Below are positions 11,601 through 23,941 of a DNA stretch of 64,000 nucleotides, in pieces. The position numbers and the translations under genes are program-made. Position 1 is the stretch's first letter, and every line of letters starts with the position of its first letter. Below the pieces are notes generated by a model, which was not told where the DNA came from, did no database searches, and saw nothing but the letters and a program-made list of their open reading frames with translations. Source of the stretch: Callorhinchus milii (taxonomy: Eukaryota); contig NW_024704749.1 in NCBI RefSeq assembly GCF_018977255.1, positions 2,542,001 to 2,606,000 of the forward strand. Direction: 5' to 3'.

Positions 11601-12879
11601 ACAGCCGAAACGGTTTAGAATTAAACAGAAGCTAAACTACATAGCACCCCTTTCCCTCCAGAAACGGACATTTCTGTCTGATTTCATAACATGCGCAGGT
11701 GAATACATCTGTGAGTTATGAAATGCAACGATTATTATCATTCAATACCCTGGGGAATACCTGCAGTTATCATTTCCACCCCTTAGGTAAATATTCCAGC
11801 AAGACTATTTAAATTTGTGCGTCCTCGTGCACTACTTTCCAGATGAAGAGCCTCAAATTATTCTTAATTACAAAGACTGTTTCTGGTACCGAAAATGATA
11901 TTTTGAAGCATGCTGGAAATGTCTTTAAATTCAAAGTGAACTCTTCGCCCGCTGCAATACCTGTGTTGTAAACGTGATTGGTTAACGGTGGCGTTATTTT
12001 TTGGATAACGAATCACCTGGTAAAGAGAACATGCGCGCGTTTGATTGTAGGCGAATTAGCGCATTTGCTTTGTCGGGGGGTTGCGACCTTTAAACACGTC
12101 TTTCATCGCGGCACGTGGGAAACTCTCAGCAACAACTGTGTGCTTTCTGGAGGCGAGTGTGTCTTCTCAGCCCTTCTCAGATAACAACATACCCTGTTTA
12201 CCAGTGCCATATGCTTTAATCAGCATTAACTCTCGTAGTCACTGCGCCGCGAAGCGTGTAAACTACAGTGCAATAGGGGGACACTCGTTTTTATTTGGAG
12301 CACTAAAGCCATTTATGAAGCTCCACGCGCTGCGATTCGCAAATAACGACATGATTTCGAAATCAAAGAACTTATATGTTTCCAAAGCAACCCTGCGCTA
12401 TATTTCATAACATATAACCATCACTGAACCAGAAGTTAGACATAAACAGGCCCGAGTCCTCTGCAGGTTTGAATATTGGGCACAATTGTGTTTTTATCCA
12501 GTAAAACTATATTTCTATTATACAGTATTTAGTACATTTGAATAAAAAAGATACATAAGTTATTCTGAATTGAGTTGATGCACTTAATTGTAATTTTACG
12601 AATGTAATTTTGTTGGTAATTCAACACTTTTTTTTTTGTCAAATGGTGATTGGGGGGTAACTCAATTAACTCCTGTTTCTCATTTATAGTCACATGAACC
12701 AGAAACTGAAAACAAAAATATCAACGTGAAATTTTGTCCAATCCGATTTATCCACCTCCAGCTGTGGCTCAAGGATCTCCTCATCTCTCAGCTTCTCCTC
12801 AGGCAGGCCGAAACTGCCGCTTATCCCAAAATAATTTTGGAGGCCAAAAACAACCCCAAAATAATAATAATAACAATAA

Positions 12880-13210
12880 TACAAAATGCCTCTTTGTCGG
12901 TCTCCCCAGTTCCACTATGCACAGGATCCAAACTCCGTCTTCCGCATACTCACCCGAAGTGAACTCTGTACCCCCATGGCACCAGTTGTAGTCAGGCTCC
13001 ACTGATTCCCTGTCCCTGAACGGATCGATTTCAACATTCTCACACTCGTTTTCAAACCCCTTCACACCCTTGGCACTTCCCTATCTCTCCGACCTACTGA
13101 GTCCCCAATTCAGTACCTGCTCCCCCACCCATCCCCCGGCTCCGTGTTGTGCTCCACCACTGTCAAGCGCTCTGGAAGGGCGCTATATAAATGCAAGTTG
13201 TTGTTGTTAT
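12880..13210 (+). mobile_element. L2 LINE 3' fragment
   Basis: Degenerate LHW.P..RIDF.IL..VFK.LH.LA motif and a GCGCTATATAAATGCAAGTTGTTGTT tail. Confidence 0.7.
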
Positions 13211-14015
13211 CCTCTGATGTCTACCCTGGATTTTAACATGTTGTCTATCGTTCGAGGAAGGCATGGTTTCACGTCTCACCTGAAGTTTAACATCGCCAAT
13301 GAAGCAGTGACCTCTTGTGGTCAATCCATGTTGTCACCTATGGATAGGATATTTCTACTGACAAGACTGAAGATCATTATATCAACAGCATAAAGCCATC
13401 GATAGCAGTCATCATAGAAACAACCAGAAGAACAACTTGTACTTATCAAATAGGATAACATTTTAGAGGGCTTCACAGAGACAGAAGGGGAGCCTGAGCA
13501 GAGTGGGAATGGGGGATGTGGGGGGAGGGAGGGATGTGTGGTGGTGGAGGGCAAAGTAACTGATATTATTTGAATTAGAAGAGTGTATGACATGCACAAA
13601 TTATAAACTGATATCAAACCGACATTGAATAGATAAATAGTGGTTTGGATTTATGTTTGGTTAAAGCATTCTGGGACCCTACGCCTCATGAAGAGCCCTA
13701 GATAAATGCAAGTAGTTGTTGTTGTTGGTGGTGGTTTCTTGGTCTGCATTGTATCTGCAGCTTGTCGCATGTAAAGAACCACCGAGTGATCAGATTATTA
13801 AGAATAAGGCTTAGAGTGGGCATAATATCATAGGAAATTTAGGCTCTGTTTTGTGCCAAAAAAACAGTCTTAACAGAATATTCCCACACCCAGCCTGACC
13901 CCTGCAATTTCACTGTTACCACTTCCTCTGCAGCTGGGCTTCCAGGTGTGTGTTTCTGACAGGTTTTTATCCATGTTCCCCCCTCCACCCCACCTTCCTC
14001 ATTTCTCCTAATGTC

Positions 14016-14017
<2 letters not shown>

Positions 14018-14048
<31 letters not shown>
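14018..14048. repeat. (CT)n microsatellite
   Basis: Directly visible. Confidence 0.9.
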
Positions 14049-14051
<3 letters not shown>

Positions 14052-15029
14052 TTTCCTGCTCTCCCCATCTCTCCCCTTCTCCTCAACTCCGTCTCTCTCT
14101 CACCTGTGAGTGTGTTTGTGTGAGTTTCTCCCCTCTGTCTCCCCCACCGCCCGCAAATTAGATAGATTGGAACGAGAAAGTTCAAAGAAGTTCAAATAAA
14201 CAGTAGTCCAATTCAGAAAATAACAACACACCTCTAACTGGTCATGATTTGAACGTTTATTTAATCCATAAATTGCAATTTTCCATAAAGAGTAAAAAAA
14301 AGTTAATTTTTCAGGCGGAAAGTATTCTGTTAGATTTGTTTTTTGAACTGACACGCATTGTTTTGAAATTGACTTTTACTTCAATAATTTTATGCGTATA
14401 ACATCAGTACAATAGTAATGTGCTCTTAAATTGCTACAGGATTAACAATTAATACCAATGTCAACCGAAATGTTTCAAGTTCAAAGCATTCAGCAATTTG
14501 ATAATATTCAAATGATAATACTCCTATAGTAACCTTTGCATTTGATATGTATGACTGTAAAGTAGAAACATCTTTAAGTGCTTCACAGGAAATTGCAGTC
14601 AAATGTAATTATCTGGTTGACCAGGTATCTAAAACCTAACCACATACAAAATTGGGTTATATTAGAGTATATAATTGTCATCATCGGAGGGGCCGGGGTA
14701 GGATGCGATAAGTATGGGAATAAAACATTAATAAACTTAATTGAGTATACACCTCCCCTCACCCTCTCATGCATACACTGTGGCTGAGTTTGCTTAACAA
14801 CATGCTTCCATCTGCAGTATTTCGAGTGACTATAAACAAAGCCTTAATTTGTTGCTTACAATCTGCAAGATAATTTTCACTTTGTTTTTTGTAGGCGGTG
14901 TTTACTGACAGTAATAACAAGATAAATGGTCAAGCCTTGATCAGGAAGGAGTTGGTTGGCTTCTGTTTTCAGGAGGAAAGTATTGGACAGGTTGTGCCTT
15001 TGTAGGAGATCTCAGAGCATTGTAAGGCT

Positions 15030-15760
15030 AAGAGGAAAACCACTTATGTTGCATTGAACAGATTTTCTCAAGACTTTCAACCTCATGCCTCATGAAGCCC
15101 TCATGATGAAATTGGAAGCCGTGGAAATATATTGCCAAATCTTAGATATTATCTGGAATGTGTATTCCAGTTCCACATATGGGTCATCGTGGACTCACCG
15201 AGCCTATTTCTCTGGAAAGTGGGATAAGGCAAGGCCACCTATCGTCACCCACCCTATTCAATGTGTTCATCAACAATGTGCCTTGGCTCTTGCCAATCTG
15301 CCTAATACTTTACAGAATTAGGTAAACAGGATGTTCCCCCAAGGGAGAGAGTGAGCATTCCACTCCAACAATAATGTAATTTCCATGTGTCGGTGGGATA
15401 CATGGAAATTTCAGTTTGGTTTGGATACTCTTAAGCATGGTGACCGATTTCCATATGTGTCAGACCCGGCTGACAAAATAAACGTCAAGCCTCAATATGA
15501 TACAATATGCCAGCTTGCAGAAATTCACTTTGGAGTACTTGACTAATTAGTACTGTCTTCCCAAAGCCACACGCCTTCAGAGTTCAAATCAGTGAGTCCA
15601 ATCCATTGGATATTTGAGGTTGCCCGATCAACAAGAAAATCCTATGATGCAATGGAATGAGAGATACATCCATGATTTGATAAGATGGCAAATGCTGCCT
15701 TTTGTGTATAACTCAACATTTAATCAGCCCAATATCTGATTAAAACGTGAATTTGAGAAA
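15030..15760 (+). mobile_element. old non-LTR reverse-transcriptase fragment (clade undetermined)
   Basis: KTFNLMPHEALMMKL (compare KAFDSV.H) and GIRQG.LSSPTLFNVFIN motifs, broken by frameshifts. Confidence 0.55.
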
Positions 15761-18700
15761 AACAGATTTCATGTTATTGTTAACTTGAGCATTCTGGAAC
15801 CAAAGTTAAATTATTTAATAGTTTTCAACATTGATAAAGCCCCAAAATGCCATTCTCAAGCACTCCAAGATGCTGCCCCGTGTGAAGGGTGCTATATAAA
15901 TGCAAGTTGTTGTTGTTGTTCTTTGCCGTGTATGCAAAGAAATCTGATCACAATCCTTTGCGCAGTAATTAATTATTGTTAAGCAACCAAACTGTGATTC
16001 TGGAAATAAATATCTGGCATTCTTATAGGAGAATAGTACTTATAGCAGAAAGTGTTATTTAAAATATTTTCATTTAAATATATTGTTCAAAATTTTCTGT
16101 ATTTCGGTTAATTTGGCAAGCGCACTGGAGATCAACTGAGCAGGAATTTAGCCTGCAATGGTAATCAATCTGATCACTACTCAATTGAAACTTTTTAATT
16201 TTGTGCATGAACAGTCCTTATGATTAATGTTTGGAAAATATTGCCAACCGTAAATATAACTAAAATATTCTCTACTTAAAAGCATCTGAAAATGTTAGGG
16301 TTTGTTTTACATACCAAAATATTTCCAAAAAGAATTTATAACTTACTTGTTCCTGCTTATCTACTCCCCGAAACTCTGGAACACTCTTCCTCTATTCTTC
16401 CGCCTTGCCTCTTGCTTCCCCATCTTCAGTTTGCACTTGAGGACCTTCCTATTCGACCATGTCTACGGTCACCTCCCCTCCACCCGGCTCGGAGTGGTGC
16501 TCCGCCACAGTCAAGTGCTCAGGGATGCTACCCTGCGTGAGGGCTGTTATATAAATGCAAGTTGTTGTTGTTGTTGTTGATTCAGAAAAAATGGGGAAAT
16601 TTGTGGCATTAAGGCTTTGAGCTCCTATTTGGGACTTCACTGCAGCGCGGGGGGAGTATTGCATTGCATGAGGTGCCTTCTTTGGAAGAGATGTTGAACA
16701 ACTTCCCTCCTCTGCCTATTAAGGTGGACATTAGTGATCCCGTGCATTATACAAAAAGAGAAGGGAATACTGGCCATCAATCCCCAAGTAAAAGAACGAT
16801 TATTCACTTCATGGCTCTGTGTGGGACATTGCTGTCCTCAAATTCATTGCTGCATTAGCCTACAAATACACAAATACTACACTTTACAGTAAACTTTGCA
16901 ACATATTTGACTTGTTAAGGCACTATGTCAAATATAAGAATTATTATTAGATAATCTGAGAGTATGAAATTCACAACCTTTTGTTTAGAATCTTGTAAAA
17001 TTGTTATCAAAAATACCAGCATAAAGGGTTAAAACCTTTGGGACATTGATTTTTATCAGTTAAATAGCTAGGTTTGTCTTCCTGAATCTCGTCAGGTTCT
17101 TGATAGATTCTATGATGGTTGAGATAGATTCCTACAGCTTTTGAACATGGTTCGATGTGGAAATGACTGAAAGAAACATTTTCGTAAAACAATTACACAA
17201 TATTATAGTTTTAGGAAACATTCACAATTCTTTAAAAACTATATCCTTCTTAATGTAGGTAAGAACAAATCTAGTTTAATTTATGCTTCAGTCACTGTCA
17301 ACCAGTTCTCTGGCAAACTGCCATAATATTACATTTGCGTCCCATTACATATAGTAACAGAAGTAAAAAGTAATCTTGGTGTATTTCTGTGGTTATTAAC
17401 TTTTTGTATAATATTGTAAATTTCGTTACTTAAATATTAGATAAATGGTCCCAATACTCGAGTATCTAGTTTCAATTGTATGTAGTAGTTTCAATTAACA
17501 TTTAACCCTCTCTGAACAAATATTTTGTTTCCGGTACATGCTTACTATGTGGTAACAGTTCTATGAGAATGTACACACATCTATACTTTGCTTTTAGAAA
17601 CATACTTCATGTAACCTTTCTGTAACAATTCAAAAAAATCTTCCAAAATATAAATGTAACTAATGTTGTTTCCGTGGATTATTAGATGTAAAATATTGGA
17701 AAAAGATTGTTAAATTAAAAGGAATGCTCTGTAACACCTGGTTCGAGCTCTTGCATGCCACTTGTGCAATTCTTATCATTAACTTGGTATGATAAGATGA
17801 AAGGAAATTCAGAGTGACATGCAGGCTAGTATCATTCTACATCTGTTCTGTTGTACCTCCCATTTAAACCCTCACTCTGTGATTATTGGCTTGAAACAAT
17901 AATAAAATCAATATCTGAAATAACCATTATCCAGCAAATCCAACTGCTCTGAAAATCTGTCGCCCTTGTACTCACCCACTCTGAACTCTGCACCTCAATC
18001 ACACTAATCTTTGCCAGACTCTATTGGCTCCCTATCACAGAATTACTGCTACCTCCACTTTGAAGATTATTCACCTTGACATGAAATGACTTGTTAAGAG
18101 TTTCCAAATTCTGCATCTGGACAAGGTCTCCATCAATCTGTGAATCTGAACACAATGCGGAGTACAATATTGTGCTTACCATACAATAGCCTTTTTGTGA
18201 TTTTCTTTAAAATGTACTGACCAAACCTATTGCACATGACTTCCATTTGTTGAACATTTCTATGTTATATATGTTATAGATAGGAATTTAAAGTGTGATT
18301 TAAATATCCCAACCAACATCTATTATTGGTATTACAACCAATCAATGTGAGCATTAGTTGCATTGCGTAGATAGATTCTAGAATTATTTGTAATCAACAT
18401 AATTATTTATGAAGAGAATCGAAAATAAGAAACCATGTTTTTTACCTTTGAACTTTTCCAGCTCAGAATTTGTGAAATGTTTATTTATCAATGTATCTAA
18501 AGAAGGCAAGAGCAATTTGTTTTATAGAGCTAACATTTTTTCAATATTTTCAGTCAGTGAAAGGAACCCATTTTTTGTGGGTAAGTTGGCTGCCATGTCC
18601 ACCTATAAAATTCACAATCACTACACTTTAGAGTAAATCCTATGACACACGTAGCTACATTCTCCCTCCTTGAATGACACTATATCAAATAGAAGGATTG

Positions 18701-18959
18701 TTATTAGTATAATTTCTTTGTGTTTGGAGCAAGAGCATATACCTGGAGACTTCTGTATCAATCTACAATTCAGTCATAGCTCCCACTCATGAGTTGCCCC
18801 CCACTTCCTGCCTCATATGAGGAGACAGACTGAAAGAGAAGCACAGATGGGAGTAAAACATTGAAATTTGTAACGGTTTACAGGCCAGAGGAAATCATCC
18901 GGAGGAAGTTTGGATGACTGACTTTTTCAAATGAGGCAGAAAGATCCAGGAGGATAGGG

Positions 18960-19400
18960 AAGCTGAGGGAGCCCTGGTCACAGGGAGAAATGATGCCATT
19001 TTCTGACTTTAACGAATGCTATGGGCAGGACAAAATTTCCACCGATGCTTTCCAGCACTTTGGCAAGGAAAGGCAAGTTGGAAATAAAATGGTACTTAGA
19101 GAGGTAAGAGGGATTGAGGATAGGATTTTCGAGGAGGGCAAGTGATGAAAGTGGTTTTGAGGGGGAAAGAATGCTGCCCAAGGAGAGGAACTGGTTGATG
19201 TTATCTGACAGCATGGGGCAGAGAATGGGGAGTTGATTGACCTACAGCTGGGTTGGGATGGGGTGAGGGAGGAGGTGGTTGTCCTTATATGTTGATGATA
19301 GATGAGCGGGAGCAGCATAGGCGTGTAGGGAGTAGCCATGGGGGAGGGTGATGGTGATGTTGAAGGCATGGGTGGGTGTTGGGAATGAGGGTACATGGTG
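18960..19400 (-). mobile_element. L2 ORF2 fragment
   Basis: ISNLPFLAKVLE motif (compare ISNLPFLSKVLE). Confidence 0.6.
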
Positions 19401-19454
19401 GGAATGAGGAAATAGAGACAGCCAGTTGGATGTTATCTATGTTTGATAAGAGGT

Positions 19455-19640
19455 TCAGGTTCAAAATTATGAGTGGGTTTGATGGAGTAGTTAGGGAGAA
19501 TCTGCTTCCTTTGGGTAGGTCGGTAACCAGAGAACACAGATTCAAGATAATTGGCAAAAGAACCATATGGGAGATGAGGAGAAATTAGCCCTAAGAGGCA
19601 ATGGGTCGGAAGATGCTTGAGCCACATTTGGCAGTGAAGG
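19455..19640 (+). mobile_element. CR1 ORF2 C-terminal fragment
   Basis: FKIMSGFDGVVRENLLPLGRSVTREHRFKIIGKRT..EMRRN. Confidence 0.75.
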
Positions 19641-20129
19641 ACTTGAGGTTTCTGGTTTAAGATATAAGGAAGCAGAGATGGCTGATGTACCAGGGGGATT
19701 GGCTGCTTTTGGAGACGTCCTGGATTTCAGGAGCGCAATGGAATTGAAAGTTGAGGATAGATGCTTGTTCAGCAGCTTAGCATCTGACTCACTGCAGTTG
19801 GATGGCCAGAGGAAGAGAATAGGATAGTCAGAATATTGACCTCTATGTGTCAGTGTGCCAGCCTGGCTCAGTTGGTAATGCTCTCCACTCTGAGTCAGAA
19901 GGTTGGAGTTTCAAGCCCCATGTCTGGAACTGGAAGAATATATTCTTATTGCTGACACTCCAATGCAGTGCTGCATTCGTGCTGCATTGTTGGAGGTGCT
20001 GTTGATCAGATGAGATGTTAGTCTACCAGTTCATCTAAATCTAAAATATATCACTCTTGGAGAAGACAAATGAGGTTTTCCAGTTTCCTGACCGCCATTC
20101 CCCAAAGTAAAATTCAAAAATCATGAAGC

Positions 20130-20720
20130 CCATCACCAGCTCCCTGAAACTCATCACTACCACTCTCCTAACCTCGCAGCTCCACCTCACCTCTTTACTC
20201 TCAGATGTCATGAACCTCTCTCCCTGTCAACTGGCACTGCTCCGACACCACTAAAAACAGCTGCAATCAGCCCTATCCAAAAAAGCCTTGCATGGACCCA
20301 TGCTGCTCAGTAACTACCAATTCATCTCCAATTTTCCTTTCCTTTCCAAGCTCCTTGAAAGAGTTGTTGCTTCCCAGCTTCACTCCTTACTCTCCTGCCA
20401 CTCCCAATACCAATCGCTCCAATCGGGCTTTTGTGCCTCCTATATGTAAAATGCTCTTCAGTGGTTTGAAAAAATCTCTACATTCTAATGCCCTACAAGT
20501 CCAGATGATGCCTCACTCCCCCCTCACTCCCTGCTGTCGGCCTCCCCAACTTCACCTTCCATGGGGTGCAGATCATCCAGAACTCTGAAGCCCATGTCTT
20601 CTCCCTCTCCAGGCTCCAAGATCCTATCACCGCCATCCTCCCCCGACTCCACTGGCTTCCCACCACGCAGAGGATACAGTTCAAGATGCTGGTCATCGTC
20701 TTCAAAGCCCTCCATGGCCT
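20130..20720 (+). mobile_element. L2 ORF2 fragments
   Basis: Degenerate LQIIQN.AA...H.LPTT.RIQFKMLVIVFKALHGLA. Confidence 0.6.
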
Positions 20721-21477
20721 TGCTATTATTTTGAACTTATAAAGGAGGGAACTAAATAGTGTAATAACTAAGTACCTCACTACTATTGGTAGAACTTAGA
20801 ACCAGGAAATGATGTGTGACTGGTTCAAAGTCGTTCATTCACTCCCTGACTGATAGCTTATCAGATGAATGTATGTGTCAGTGTGACAGCCTGGCACAGT
20901 TGGAAGCATTCTCCCCTATGAGTCATAAGATAGGGGGTTCAAGCACCATGTCTAGAGTTGGAAGATACGTTGACACTCCAATGCAGTGCTGGGGGTGGTT
21001 GGGGGTGTGTGAGGTGCGTGGTGGTGGTGGGCTTGCTGCATTATTGGAGGTGCCGAACTTCGAGATGTTTGGCTCCAGCTTTTCCAGTGTCCTCGCCATC
21101 CTTCCCCCCCACCCCAAATTTGTCATTTCCATTGTGGCTGTTTGTGGTACATTGATGTGCAAAAATGGGCCCAACTAAGGAGCTGAAAACTTGTAACTGA
21201 TTGTATTATTATTGCGCATTCAGAAAGGACGAATCTAAATAGCATGACTGACAGATAAATTATCATTGGTAGAACTCCTTACCAGGAAACGACGTGTCAC
21301 TAGTTCAGAATGCTTCAATCACTTTGTGCTTCATTCACTTTATAACTTTTATACCAGATGTATATGTATGCAGATAAAACAAGCGTATGTGGAAAAATAT
21401 GAAACTAATGGAAGATTGTAATTCTCATGGTGATTGAGAGGATGCGAACAGCGAGAGAATGTCATAGATTTGCTATA

Positions 21478-21786
21478 ATAATAAATAATAATAATCCTTG
21501 CGGTTGATGTAGTGCTTTACAAGTCTTCTGCACATCACAAAGAGTTTCAAAGAATATACTGTATGGTGAATTAACTGTGGGCAAAATGCAGCAGCCAGTT
21601 CCGCACAACAGCGTCCCGCAAACAGTCATGGATTGAAATGACCAATTTTATTGTTTATTTTCTTGAGTCATTATTACCAGGCGTGTGGAGTAATGAAACT
21701 TGCCCAAGGTTTCGCCTGCTGGGAATCGAACCCAGGTCTCTTGCTTGCAAGGCAAGTGCTTTCACCACTGAGCTCGAAGTTTCCAT
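21478..21786 (-). mobile_element. diverged SINE family A
   Basis: Head and tail recognisable on the minus strand. Confidence 0.75.
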
Positions 21787-21954
21787 GTTGAATGTAATCC
21801 ATATAGGATCCTAAAACACTAAATCTTTAAAGTACTACAACAACAACAACAACTTGCATACCAATAAGTCTTCAAAGCAAAGTTGCAGGAATAGAAAGCA
21901 ATCAAATATTCTTCATCACAAAATACTGATTATAAAGTAAGGGGGTAACAAGAT

Positions 21955-22110
21955 GGTGCAACACCTCACCTGGACAGTTGTGTTAAGTTTTTGGTTCCTC
22001 ATCTCCACAAGAACAAAGTTGGTCTCGGAAGGAAGTCCAGCGATGTCTCACTCGAATGAAACTCCGGCCAAGGGAATCGTGATGAGAGGATCGACGGCTC
22101 AGATCCATTC
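21955..22110 (+). mobile_element. CR1 ORF2 fragment
   Basis: Degenerate PHL..CV.FW.PH..K....LE.VQR motif. Confidence 0.55.
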
Positions 22111-22994
22111 GTATTTTTAGTTATAACAATTATTAAATTATGTCCAAACACAGGTAGAAGAGTAGGAAGACTGAAGGTAATTCTATTCTTTTATTTCATG
22201 CACGTGAACAGTTCAATTCTGGAGAATTTTATTTGAAGGAAACAACCACTGTGACTGCGATTTCAAATCTCTCAGAAAGATCACTTCTTCTGAAACACAG
22301 AGGAACAAGGAGCACGGATTTTTTAAAAATAAACACCTTTCATTCCTTTACAATAATTCCACACTTTAATTCACATACCTTTGACGGTGTTGGATACGTT
22401 CCATTTGATCCTGTGGTCCTGAGGCTGAGGGAACAGTCTCAAATGTTAGTTTTGTTTAGCAGTTCGAAACCCTGAGGTACCACAACCTTTTCAGATCTGC
22501 TGTAAATGTTTTTGTTAAATGAGCAAGAACAGGTCAATGCAAACCCAGAACCGACTCGTTGGTGTGAGAACTTGCAATAAACTGCAGATATGTGTTAAGT
22601 TATATTTTGCCTTCATAGAAAATATACCTTGAACACTGACTTTAATGCACAGTTAATACAAGCAAATCCCTGTAACGCAATCCAAGTCCAAAAAGTGATA
22701 TTAGAATTTTTCTACTTATCTAAAAAAATATGAATTAGTTTATAGTTCTACACCCTTCGTGGCTGCGAGTCAGGGGGGGGTATCACTCTGATTTAGATGC
22801 CATCAGATGTTATTTAGTTATCAAAACACCGCACAGTTTAAAAGGGAATATACGGTGATATTTCTGGAGGAACATCTATTGTCGGTGGTAAATGGTAAAT
22901 GATCCTCTTGATCGCACAACGAAAGTCCAAAGGTCTCAGACTTGGGTTGAGTGAGAAGTGCTGTCACTCGGCTCTCGGGTACCGGGGAACGGGG

Positions 22995-23002
22995 ATTTGC
23001 AT
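22995..23002 (+). promoter_or_regulatory. Ig light-chain promoter octamer ATTTGCAT
   Basis: Perfect octamer in light-chain orientation 118 nt upstream of the leader ATG (23120), followed by TGACGTTC and a TATA-like TTCATAAA. Confidence 0.8.
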
Positions 23003-23119
23003 AACTGAGTGACGTTCAGGATTCGGTAAGTTCATAAACTGAGCCACGGGACCGATGCACAGAGTCGGTTGTAGACGGGAAACGGTCGGTATTGGTGACT
23101 GATCCCAGTCATCCTCACG

Positions 23120-23941
23120 ATGGCGCCTCGGGTTCCGTTTCTCGCCGCACTGATAACTTCCCTCCGCTGAGGTTTTCTTTGTCTTTTCATTTGAGGTCGG
23201 AATCGTCGTGTATTGCTGTGGTTTGTGTTCCTGATGTACTGCTTTACAGGTGGAAACTCGTTGCCAGTCCTACATCAGCAGCTGTCGGTCTCCACATCTG
23301 TGGGACAAGAGGTGACCCTGGGCTGCACCGCGACTGGGGACGGTATCCCGGGCCATTGGTGGCACCGGTTCCAGCCCAGACCGGGGAACGCTCCTCCTCT
23401 CTCGGGTCCACAGATGGACTGAGCAGCTTCACCGGGATGTCGGTGGGTTTCAGATCGATTCTCGGGCTCCAGGGATTCCAGGTCCCAGCAATTTAATCAT
23501 CTCGGGACTCAAAACCAGGGCCTAACACAGATTCTCCTGTATTTCTTTGAAACAGTCCTATGCTATCTGTGATGTTCGTCTATATCACCCAACAGAACCT
23601 GGGTTTAGTTGTGTCATGCGAATAACAGTACCACTTAAAGAGTATATATAAAAAAAATAATAAATTGGTCATTTTCAATCTATGACTGTTTGTGGGACAT
23701 TGCTGTGCGCAATTGGCTGCCCCTTTCGCCCACAAATATACAGTCAATTCACTTTACAGTGTGTTCTGTGAAGCGCTTTGTCCTCCCGACGTGAAAAGCG
23801 CTATATCAAATGCAAGGATTATTATTATTATTATTATCTCCAGCGTTCAGTCGGATGAACGCCGCCGACTACCACCGCGGTGTGTGGCTCACAACCACCT
23901 CTCAATATATCTTCGGTGAAGGACCAGACTGGGGATTGGCA
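23120..23941 (+). pseudogene. Ig lambda-type (type II) light chain leader plus germline-joined V-J pseudogene
   Basis: Leader MAPRVPFLAALITSLR is at 23120-23168 with the donor reading GA instead of GT. The acceptor is at 23248-9. V reads (C)GNSLPVLHQQLSVSTSVGQEVTLGC...WWHRFQPRPGNAP...SDRFSGSRDS. After an insertion (23504-23832) it continues ISSVQS..AADYH(R for C)GVWLTTTSQYIFGEG(T)RLGIG, then a GTGAGT donor at 23942. It carries stops and frameshifts. Confidence 0.88.
23504..23832 (+). mobile_element. SINE-containing insertion inside Ig V framework 3
   Basis: SINE A 3' half at 23655-23832, flanked by ATCATCTC (23496-23503) and ATTATCTC (23833-23840), a probable target-site duplication. Confidence 0.8.

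Noticed and set aside
23501-23545. Reading LIISGLKTRA*HRFSC as the end of Ig FR3, followed by a degenerate RSS
   Set aside because: The true FR3 end (SVQS..AADY) resumes at 23841 after a TSD-flanked insertion, and no heptamer or nonamer is present.
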